Source: Podarcis bocagei (taxonomy: Eukaryota). Taken from it: a stretch of 64,000 bases of DNA. The notes under the pieces were generated by a model. The model saw only the letters and a program-made list of their open reading frames with translations. It ran no database searches and had not been told where the DNA came from. Positions within the stretch are counted from its first letter, which is position 1. Each line of letters opens with the position of its first letter. The stretch lies in the NCBI GenBank assembly GCA_964188305.1, contig OZ076901.1. One strand, 5' to 3'. The position numbers were made by a program, and so were the translations under genes. This document shows, one piece after another, positions 35,113-46,516 of this stretch.

Positions 35113-38100
35113 TACATTGATCCCATTCACGTTGGGTTTCCTATTCTGTTAAATGACTATGAATAGTCAGGCACCTCTTTCAAGTCATTGTGCTGAATAC
35201 ATGAACACCAAGAGGTTGGACTCAGAGATGTATGTGGTGTTGGGAGAAGATCCAGTCACGTGGTCTGTTTCTGTTGAGTACCTTTGAGGTATGGATGATA
35301 TCTGAAAAGTGCTTTTATCTCATAGAGTTCACTAACAGTCGCCAAGATCAGAGCTAGGCATAGGGGGAAGAAATTTGATTCACTTCACTTTTTAAAGGCA
35401 AACCTACCCAGTCTGCACTTTCTAAAACAATACATGAACAATACACAGCCATCCTTCAAAAACCACACTTTGACAAATTTAGCAATGCAGTTCTTCAGCC
35501 CAAGCAACATGAAAATGCATTATATTTGGCTGGGTGGGTGGGGAGTTGCTTTGCAAAAATCTGTATTATGCAAAATCGTTTTTTGAAAATGGTTAGGAGA
35601 AATTTGCAGTAGAACACTGAGGACTCTTTAAAAATAAAGAAATCACAGATGGATGTTGAAATGTGCAGACTTGAGAGTCGGGAAGGAGAAAGTGAGAGAA
35701 AACAAAGTAGATAGATTTCCTTATACTGAATCAGAGCCAATCCTGCTACATAGCTTTTCATCGTTGTCTGCACATCTCCACCTGGTTTCCTTGTGTGATT
35801 CTAGGATGTGATACATCTTTACTTTTGCTTTTAAGTTTGTGGCCAAGAAAGAGAATGTTGAGAATTGGCTGTGATAGCTAGATAGCTAGATACAAATATA
35901 CATTGATGATAAAAAATATGGGCTGCTTTAATTTGGCTATGGATAAATCCTGCAGCTCCATTACATTCAAGGTCTTTCCAGACCAGTCTGTGCTCAACCT
36001 TTCTCAGCCGGCCCTTTCCACGTGAATTTCAATTATACCACTTCCACTTTTGTACTAGTTTTCTGCCATAAATATGGCAGAGGAGACACTTCCATTATGA
36101 GCCTCTGACTTCCAGGAATTGAATGAACAGAGCTGGCCAAAACAAATTCAAAGAAATCAACCCACTGTATCTTGTAATGAACAGATTCAAGAACAAAATC
36201 ACTGACCTGGGTCATTCTGTGGTAGCTTGCATTACAACAAAGGAAAGAAAATGTGAAATAACATTTTGCCTTGGAAGGTTGGATTCCTACAGCCCCTGGA
36301 AGCGCATTGTAACCCCCTCCCATTCCTGCTGTCATGGAAACATCCACAGCCATGGTCCTTACTGACATCAGAGCTCTGATCTTGGTGGGGGAGGATTTGG
36401 TTTGGTTCACACAACCCTTCCTAAGCTTTCTGAAACAATGTGCAAAACGAAATGCCACTATTGCAAACGCACCCTTCCCCAAGTTTTGAGATGCAAATTT
36501 CCACCCCCAAAATAGATTTAAATTGCATATATTGGGAAAAGGTGTCCATAAAAATGGATGTATTACTGAAAATAACATACGAAAACACATTATATTAGAA
36601 GAGAGAATGTTTTTGACAGTGTGTATGTTAAACAAAATGGCATGCAACAGTTTATATAGATGAGAAGAAATGGGTACTCAAATGCTGATAAATTTGCATG
36701 AGTACATTAGAAAAAACAACAATAGCAAACTGACGCACAAGCATGGGAAACGGAACTTTAGAGGGAAGAAAAATGGGGAACTGGCGAAAACTGACTTTTT
36801 TGGAATCATCCATTTCTGGTAGGGGTATAGTCAACAAGTGTACAATCTGCATTCACAAAGAGATGCTGCACAAATCAACAAAGGCACACTCTTTCACACA
36901 AACACTTGAACAGCTGGTACCTGTGTTTAGTATAACATGTGAACAGATCTTAGTGTCAGGTTGGTTTGAGGGCATATGGAGGGAGTGTCAGGAAATGGCT
37001 TCAACCCAAAGGATCCCAATCTATTCAACACGCCCCCAAACAAAGAAGAGATTTAGACAAGCTCATGGCTATGTCTAGATCTCCCCATCTTTTCTCTTTC
37101 CCATTTCTGAGTCTTGTGTCAATGTTGTTTGGTGAGGATCAACTACATGTGTAAATAGCAACTTAATGCTGTTGTCATCAAATCATGAACTTGCACATGT
37201 GAACAGGGTTCTAGAGGCCTTTGCACCACACGCTTTGTTGATAGACACACAATATTTGCGTTATCAGTATTGGGATGAACAGGAATGGCTTTTTAAAGAT
37301 TAGGCTACAATGGCCTGAGCCTACAGGGGATTTGCCCAAGGCCACCCATTGTGAGTAAATATTTTGCAACATTTTCATTCATCCTAGCCTTCCAAGCCTA
37401 GTAGTTGAGCCATTGCACCACATGAGAGATCTAGACAAGCATTCTAAATGTATTTCTGTCGTGATTTCCATAATAAAAAACCCATTCCTTGCATATTGAA
37501 GCTTCAGTCATGTACCATTTACTTACTCATAAATCCTTCTGACATCAGTGGGACATACATGTATTAATGATGGCAGCGTGGTATCCTTACATTGTGAATT
37601 AATGACCTAGATATTAACCAACACTGGTCTCGGGGATGGGTGGAATCACAGTGCTGTTTAAGGTGTTAAGACAAGCTGAATATGATGTATGTGTGTTGTC
37701 TACACTCTCTGTATTCTTGCATTTTTGGAATAGAAACCAATGGGACTTCAGCCCAAACAATGGTATTGAGGTTACCAGGCATTTAGGATATGTCTTCCAA
37801 TGTGGCAAAACTTGTCTCATCATTGAACTCCATACAAATATAAACTACTGATAGCCGTGGCAGTGGAAAATGATCAGAATGGATCTTTTTTATTATAAGC
37901 TAAGTAAAAAGTTAATTTGCAATGTGTGAACCATTAACCACAGTGACCCCTTTAATTAGACTACGACGCTTGCTCTAACACCCCAAATGGGAGCCATATG
38001 TTCTTTCCCATGAACTCTGTAGACTTCTGTGAGATCATCACTTCCATACCATAATAGTTTACTCCTTTCATGAGACTTCTAGTCCAATAAAGATACCTTC

Positions 38101-39702
38101 AGTAATTAAACTTCTCTCTTTCTCTCACAAATGGATCCAAGCTTAGGCAGATCAAGATGAGAGAGAGAGAGAACGTGTCTGATTAAAAAAGATAACTTTT
38201 GTGCCAAAACCAGGACCCCTGACCTATTGGTACAATTACTCAAAGCTTAATATGGTTTATGGCTCACTTGAGTCCCCATCCATTGTGACCTAGTAAAAGT
38301 GTTGTACTTTAGAGAAACCTCTCTAAAGGTCAAATGATTGGGAAGGCAAATTGCTTAGCGATGAACAATGTATTTACTAGATGTGTTGCAAAAGGAAAAG
38401 AGGGAGTTGTAAAACCTGGAATTACATTTGGGATCATTTTCTGTTCTCAACCTGCTTTGAATGCTGTAGAGGCACATAATAATGGCTTATGGATATAAAT
38501 GTAATGTGTTTGGCGTTCATATTGGATTTCTGCTGTGGCTTGTGAAGTGGAATGCTAGTAGGAACTGCTAGTATTTCTGCTGGATGATCAAGGAGGGATG
38601 GGAGTTCTTATCGTTGCCAGAAATTAGTGGGAGGTGGTGCTGGAGGAAATGGATACATCACTTCGGGCTGGATGAATCTGTCAATTTCAGCTTCTCATAT
38701 TCTCCAGTCTTAAATTCACTTCACAACATTTCTGCATCTGGTTGCATTTTTAAAAGTCTTCACCAAAATCCATCAGCATTTTAGTGTCCATTTCTCTTAA
38801 TATATACATGTTTTGCAAGCACTTTTGACCGATACGGTGCCTTTTTGTGTGCTGTTTTCACTAATGCAACTTCCCCTTAATACATACCTTTTAGTACAAA
38901 TTATTTGATTGGAGAACCTCATCACAAAGTTCAGAGAAGTGCGGATTTTGTAGGTTTCCGTCAAAATATGAACTGAATCTGATTTCTCCCACATCTCTCA
39001 CTGGCATCGTGGAAGTCTGCAGTTGTTGATTGATGGCAGCTATTGACTCAGCAATTTCATTATTGGACAGAGGTGCCCCCTGCCATTACTTCCCTCACTT
39101 ATGGGAAAACTCTAGTTCCTCCAGATATTGCTCAACTACAACTCTCATCATCTCTGACTACCCCTCAGCCAAAAACACTTGAAGGACCACATATTTTCCA
39201 CCCACTGATTGTTGAAGATCATTTAACTTCAGTAACCACTAGCAGTGACATGGGAAATAGTTGGAACTACAGTCACCCATTGACTGTTTGCTCCATATCC
39301 TGATGAATTTCCAAGTGGACCTTAGTATGCCCCCCCACACACACAAATGAGTGGCTGGTTTGCATTCCATTCTATGGCAAAATCAATTGATAAATAATTG
39401 GTCTTGTGGATTCTGTTGTCATGAAGGTCAAATGTGCCTTCTAACCTTGACACTGATGGGCCAGCTCTCATTGGCAGAGAACTTGAGAGGGTTGTGGTGC
39501 CATTTGCCTCTTTGCAAAGGATTCACAGAAACATATTAAATCCCCCATGTTTCTTACATATATACAGACTCATTCTCTAGACATTCCCTACTCATCATAA
39601 TGGAGTACACTTCATTAGAGGTCCTTTTATTCACCATCAGCCAGTTGGTCTGGGGCAGGTCTTATGAGCCAACTGCTATTTTCAATACCATCATTAACAA
39701 TA

Positions 39703-39907
39703 CAGTGGTACCTCGGGTTAAGAACTTAATTCGTTCTGGAGGTCTGTTCTTAACCTGAAACTGTTCTTAACCTGAGGTACCACTTTAGCTAATGGGGCCT
39801 CCCACTGCTGCGTGATTTTTGTTCTCATCCTGAAGCAAAGTTCTTAACCCTATTTCTGGGTTAGCGGAGTCTGTAACCTGAAGCATCTGTAACCCGAGGT
39901 ACCACTG
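39703..39907. mobile_element. Tc1/mariner-superfamily MITE
   Basis: TA|CAGTGGTACCTCGGGTTA ... TAACCCGAGGTACCACTG|TA perfect TIRs; same family as 62322-62525. Confidence 0.9.
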
Positions 39908-42259
39908 TACACAAAATGCAAAGATTGCCATGTGGGAGGGTGGGCATAAGGAAAAATTCCAAACTCCACAGCTGGGTTGTTGGGATCAACCCAAAATATC
40001 ACACAATAATGAACAAGTTTTTAAAATATATCTATCTATCTCCAATTTGCTTTTTTATTACAGTACTTTATTGCAGTAAAAAAGATCTGATAAGATAAGG
40101 TGTGTGTGTATGCACCCCATCTCACCTTGTTGGGGGGGCACCTTTTTCCTCTTAGCGCACTTGACCTTGGAAATGTTTAGAGAGTACAAGACAAGAAAAA
40201 TGTCCTATTTTCCAGCACTGTCATCCATTACTCAGCTGAGCGGAGACTTGCCATCCAAAAGTGGGAGAGGAATTAAAAGAGAGAGAGACTCAAAGGGAAC
40301 ACAAATTACATTTGCTGTGATCAGATAACAAGGAAATACAGTCAAGTCCCCCTCATGCCCTGAGGGGAAACACGTCTAATTACACATTCAGCAGTGCTAA
40401 TATTTCCTTTAAGGCAATGCGTAAGGAGACAAAACCAGGGTGGCAACTTGCAAAGACTTTTCTTCCCTCCATCTCTCTTTCTCTCTTTCTTTTCCCCTTT
40501 TCCCTGACCCCAGTGGTTATCTCCTGATTTATCAGCAATACTAGATGGATTTTTTCACATCAGTAGGCACCATCCAGAAGAAAAACCAAAACAAAGCAAA
40601 GCAAAACAAAGCATAACAATCACAAAGAAAATCCAGGAAAAATAAATCAATGTCCACAAAGAAACTGACCAATTTCAGAAAGACCAATTTATTCATAAAA
40701 GCTATAGTCTGCAAGAGGCACCTTCCTTCTCTTCCATCCATAATATCATTGAATGGTGGCCCAAGACACAGCCAGAGGAAATGGTTGTTTGTTAGGTTTT
40801 CTATTGTTTCTCTCTAAGAGCTTCAACTTTCTTTAGCTTATGTTCTCCATCTCTTTCTCACACACACACACCACTTTACATTTCAAAAAAGGCTTCTTAA
40901 TGAATTCTGGCTGATCACTATCCTAATTAATTTACGATAGCAGCGAAAATGGAGCTCGCTGAATAGATACAGGGGGGTAGGCTGGTGGGGGGGGGGGCTC
41001 CCCTGTGCTCTGCCTGCAAAGTCCAGGCTGCTGCTGCAGGTAAACCTGTTCCATACTTGGGGATGTGTCCCACCATTGCTCTTCAAAGGTCGCAGTTGCG
41101 CCTTTATGGGAGCAGTGTTTTGCAAAAGACCCAGGCGACGACACGCTCCTGCAATCTTTCTTGTATTAATTGCTCATTCTCCCCTCAGGGAGATTGCATC
41201 TCCTATCTTGAATATGAGAGAGAGGTTGTTTGGGTTTCTTTTCAAAGGAGCAAATGAGTTTTCGTTGTCAGGGAAAGAAAGGCTTTCTTAAATTCTTCTC
41301 ACTCGTGCACCGGAGATGTGTCAAGCGCTCCAATAGCTCAAGGTTTTTTTTTTTTTTTTGGGGGGGGGAAATGAGGTTAAGGAGTCAGGAAACTGATGGA
41401 TTTACAGACTTAGCACAGCAAGAGCTAGCGTGCACGTGTGTGTGTGTGTGTGTGTGTGCGCGTGCACGCACACACACACACCCCGTGCAAGAATGAAAGA
41501 GAAGTAAAGACTTTTGAATGGACAGCCTCTTGTAAAGGATCACATCACAAGCTAAGCTTTCAGGTCATCACACCAGCTTCCAATAGTGGTTGCCACACAA
41601 AATAAATAAATAAATAAGAAATGTTTTTATGAAAATTCTGTAACATGGCCTCATTTTTCTCAAGAGCGTGGTGAGTTGATAAAGAGGAAAATTCAGAAAT
41701 TTCCCCCAAAAAAATGAATATTTTGAGAAATTTTGGTTTAGCGTTGGCATCAGGACTCCTTTGACGGGTGGCTAGCTCCCTGTGATGAGAAAGCAAGAGA
41801 GATGAGGGGAGACAGACAAACAAAAGAGCTGGCAGTCTGGGAAAGAGGGATATGCACAGACCAAAACTTGGAAGCCAACCATACAATGCACAAGGGATGT
41901 TGACAAGGCAAATGCCCAAGCCTAATGAGAAGTATTCATAAAGAGAACAATCCAGGTCAAGAAAGACCAGTGGGCTACATAGAAGTGATGTTATAGTGCA
42001 GCCTTTCCAACCTTGGTTCCCCAGATATTGTTGCACTGCAACTCCCCTCAGCCCCAGCCAGCATGGCCTGATGGCCAGGGCTGGTGGGAATTATAGCCCA
42101 ACAACATCTGGGAAAACAAGGTTCTGACAGGTTGTTTTGGTAGAATATGGAAAAGCAGCAACATGGCCTTTCTCCTCCAATCTGTCCCCTTTTACTCTTC
42201 TGCAGTCATGCAGACTTAGAGTGCCTCAATTCAGGTCCTGAATATGCGTGACTTGAAAA

Positions 42260-42312
42260 GGAAGGAAGGAAGGAAGGAAGGAAGGAAGGAAGGAAGGAAG
42301 GAAGGAAGGAAG
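42260..42312. repeat. (GGAA)n microsatellite
   Basis: Direct tandem units. Confidence 0.95.
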
Positions 42313-44119
42313 GACCCATATTAGAGGTGGGGAAATCATTTTAGTCACAGAGCATGGTTGAGAACATAAGATTGTGCATCTGAAATTTCTGAAATGTGCA
42401 ATCAAATCTTCATTTCTGTGAGACTCTTCCCCCGCCCCCTGAAATTCGTTCCTGACCAATATGTTTGCAACCTGGAAACTGTCAAAATGTCGTAAAAGGG
42501 AGGGCCTGTCCTGGTAAGATATGCACCACTAAGTAAAATTGCTTCCTTGAAGCAGCAGGAGTCTGTTGGGATAAGTATTAAATAAAGCAGATGAGCCTTA
42601 GGACATTTATTCCCTCTGATCATATAACGCCCAAATCCTTTAGAGCTTTGCTCATCCCCTATGGAGACTGAATTAGCTTCTTTACACAAGACAAAAATAA
42701 CAGACCCTTCATCCCTATTACAGAAGAACTCCCCCTCCCTTTCTCTCTGTCCCTATGGAGCTTTGTCCATTGTCACAGGAAAAGAATTGTGATTATTACA
42801 GCTGCAGTGTTAGATCAATCAATCAGTCAGATTAATCAATTAGAAACATTTGGATTGACTGAAAAGGTGCCCAGGAAAAATCAGCCCGCAGATTATTATC
42901 ATTTTAAAATCTTAATGCAAGTACTAGTTAACACTGCAGATGGCAGGCATCATCTTAGCAGAGGTATTCCTTCCTGGGAGCGAGCAAAGGACAAAGCGAT
43001 CTTGCATTTCATCCCATTAGAACTATTATTTTGTATGCAGTTATATGTGGATTGGATCAAGTAAGAAATAAACAAAAACTCGTGCAAAAAACCAGCCAAG
43101 ATTTATTTAATTGGTGGCAGCCCTATATTTTAAGAAAGTTTCTTCCCACAGCAGTGACTTCTAAGGATAGTCAGGGATTGTCAAAATGGTGCACTCCAAA
43201 TGTTATTGGACTCCCGCTCCCATCAGCCATTGGCTGTGATCAAGGATGATGGAAGTTGTAGTCCAGTAGCATGCGTGGGACACCTCATTGTCTACCGGTG
43301 ATGTAAACAAATAAATATCTTAAATGTGCATTCTTGAAAGTAAATCCTATTGAAATAAGTTGAATTTCCATTTAAGTAAACAAGGTTAGGACCAAGGCTG
43401 TAAGAGCTGTTGGACTATGTTTGTTCGGTTCTATGACAAGCTATGAAGGTGCAGAATTAGTAAGCTTGGTTTTTCTGGGTCTCTGCACCATCCCATCTGA
43501 GAAGATGTAGCTGGTCTTTTTCTTTAATTTGTTTTTTAACGGCTGAACAGGGATATTCCTGCCTGTCAGCCTGGCTTCTGACAATATCCCTTGCTGCTTA
43601 TCTTTCACTCATCCTCTTCACTCCATCCCAATACTGGCAGCTGTGTCCATGTCACACCACCTCTGGTGAGGCAGGCGGGGAGATTAGCTGTGCCTGAAGC
43701 TAGTGCCAAGACTATATCCTGGATTAGCCTGGCAACCGCTCCATGCTACTAAGTCACTTTGGGCTCATCCAGACTTCCTTTTGCACCACTTTCCAAGCAC
43801 ACATTTGTGCTTTAAAGCTCTACCTCTCTCTGTGTGTGTGTGTGTTTTCCCTCTAAGCATTTCCCCTGGAAAAACCCTCATTTTACCGCTGAATGGGAGC
43901 AAACAGCCATCCACAGAAACCCATTTGTTGTTTGTGCCGGGTTTTCACAGGGAAAGGTCTGGGACAAAAAAACCCCAGCATACTCGGACACAGAGCTTTA
44001 AAGCCCAGATCTGTGTCTAGAAATAAGCTGCAAAAGGAAATATAAATGAGCCCTTACTGAGTGTCACAGTTGTAGCATCTTTGGGGAAGGTTTGTGAAGA
44101 ACTAGTGGTACCGCAGAAT

Positions 44120-44295
44120 CAGTGGCGTAGCGTGGGGGGTGCAGGGGGGGCCGGCTGCACCGGGCGCAACATTTTGGGGGGCGCGCTAGCACTAACTAAT
44201 CTAGTGGAAGAGACTCGAGTGCTAAAATCCACGGGTTAGGGGGGCGCAAATTACTTGCCTTGCCCCGGGTGCTGACAACCCACGCTACGCCACTG
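44120..44295. mobile_element. Young hAT MITE, 176 bp
   Basis: Perfect 17-bp TIR CAGTGGCGTAGCGTGGG; perfect 8-bp TSD CGCAGAAT; CpGs intact. Confidence 0.95.
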
Positions 44296-44590
44296 CGCAG
44301 AATGCAGGGAAGGGGAGCAACTCATAAGCACGAAGGTCCCCATTATTTCAACTGTTAAAATGTTCAGATGGGCATGTGGTATAGGCCTCCACACGGCTGT
44401 ACTATGACTATGACACCTCTGACTGCACACTTGGGCAAAACACCTGCAGGGATTTCTTTTTGAAGGGCAGTGGTAGGAATTTCACACACCTTTGATGGGT
44501 GGTGAATATTTCATCTGAACCCATCCTCCTGTGGGGAGAGCAATGTATTTACCAACAGATAGTGAACACTTGCTTGTCTAGTCACTTTTA

Positions 44591-44628
<38 letters not shown>

Positions 44629-45240
44629 CTTTCCATTCTTGAGGGGGAGAAATAAGCATCAAACAGCAAGGTTATAAAACAAAAACAGAGCATCATTAAA
44701 CACACACATACAAACAATAACAAAATATAATATAATAGTAGCCAAAAATACAAAGCAAAGCAACATCAAATCAGTGAAAAGCAACCAAAAAAAGTGAGGG
44801 TTGTGGGGGTTAATTAAAGGGTTGCAGCCAATATGAGTCCTACTCAGGAGATGGAGATGACTAATGTAGGACAATTAATTTTAATGGGTCTATTCCAAGT
44901 ACATGTTAGTTGGATATAACTCGCAGCCCAGTGAGAGAGTACTTGGGGGTTTGCAATGTGTGGGCAAACTGAGTGGAGATTCTTACATTTTAAAATATAA
45001 GATACCTCCATGACCTGCATGCAAAAGATGTTAAAATGTCACCTGTCTCTTGAGGATCAAACCAGCCTTCAGATCCAGACATCATCTGGCACTAAAATGG
45101 TATCATTTGGTATCAATGGTATCAAAAATGCCGAATTCTTAGAAGGAATACCTTCAATATCAAACTTACTGCCTTTTTGGGGACAGATTTTATAGTGTTC
45201 CATACAAAGACAGTATTCATAGGGAAATGTGTGGATTACA

Positions 45241-45369
45241 NNNNNNNNNNNNNNNNNNNNNNNNNNNNNNNNNNNNNNNNNNNNNNNNNNNNNNNNNNNN
45301 NNNNNNNNNNNNNNNNNNNNNNNNNNNNNNNNNNNNNNNNNNNNNNNNNNNNNNNNNNNNNNNNNNNNN
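45241..45369. other. Assembly gap (N)
   Basis: N run. Confidence 1.
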
Positions 45370-45998
45370 AGACTTGGGATGAAAATGACTGAAAATATTC
45401 TTTCCTTCTACCTCAGTTGAGGGAAGGAAAGTGTTAAGACCTGCCACAGTCCTAATCACTGTATAAAGAGGGGACATCTGGAATGGGATGCTTCAAAATC
45501 CAAACAGATGCTCAAACCTAGCCCACCAGATAGGGCCAACAGCCGAGGCAATTAGGAAAAAAATGTCATTAATTCCATCAAAGGTAATTCCTTCATATTA
45601 AGTTGAATTACACTAGCCACGAATTTGGCCTACAGTTTTAGAAGTGCAGAAAGTTTCTATCTTTTGAGTACATGTTTGCTCCTTGCCATCAGAAAAATCA
45701 TGCTAATTTGAAGGCCAGGAAGGTCATTTGATGCCAGACCTATTCTTGTGTCACTGCCAACTGAGCTCCCCCCCCTCCCCCCAGACTGGGGCCTTTCTAT
45801 TCAATTCCAGCTTGTTGCTGGAATAGAATTGTAGTCACTATTCCTGTAAAAGTGAGCAATGATGGGACCAAGCATATCTCTCTTGGGAGCTATTCCAGTT
45901 GTTGAATGCCAAATATACCCTCTTTGAGTCCCTACATACTGTATATACAATGTAAGTCACAGGGGTGACAACTTGAATAAAATATTGGGGAGGGGGAC

Positions 45999-46516
45999 TG
46001 TGGCGTTTGTCCTCCTATGTGTGTGACATCATACAGGGTTCATAGGGAAAGGGTTAACTAATTGTAAAATGACTAACCAGTGGGAACCCAGGGGGCAGAG
46101 TTAACTGTGTATAAGGTTTAAGCACAGAGGTTTTTTGAGTTAGAGTTGTTGAGAAGACAGTCTGGAGTTAGAAGAGAAAGACAAGATAAGTCTGTGGGTT
46201 GGGCTAGACTGGTGTGAGAGAGTGATTGTTAAGAGGAGTCAGTCAAACAGTTGAGATAATCAGTCGGAAGGTATTAGGAACGTATAGGCCGGTAAAGAAA
46301 CAAAAGTTAAGATACTGACAAGAATATTATCTGAGAAACCATCAATTTGTTAATGTTTGTAAAATAAACTTGTTTTTTTGGTTCACTTTTAACAACTGAC
46401 TGGACTCAGTGTTTTACCAGAGAGTAACTGGCTGGTGGCAGCGGGGAAGCGAGCACAGTGGTGGCACAGGGATCAATAGACCGTTAAACGTCCGGGGACC
46501 CTGTGTGATCGCCACA
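45999..46516 (+). mobile_element. Solo LTR, 518 bp (LTR-D), inserted in an old DNA-transposon remnant (about 45958-46673)
   Basis: TGTGGCG...CGCCACA 7-bp terminal IR; TSD GGGAC on both sides; TATAAG near 46110; AATAAA near 46362. Confidence 0.9.

Noticed and set aside
36033-36647. 204-aa minus-strand ORF
   Set aside because: No recognisable domain; it overlaps an AT-rich old repeat seen many times in the window (e.g. about 6200-6470 and 63180-63600).
41170-41240. Splice-acceptor-like sites (also about 7370, 31830, 50790 and minus-strand 49630) as host exons
   Set aside because: No convincing donor or recognisable peptide; no host gene can be named.
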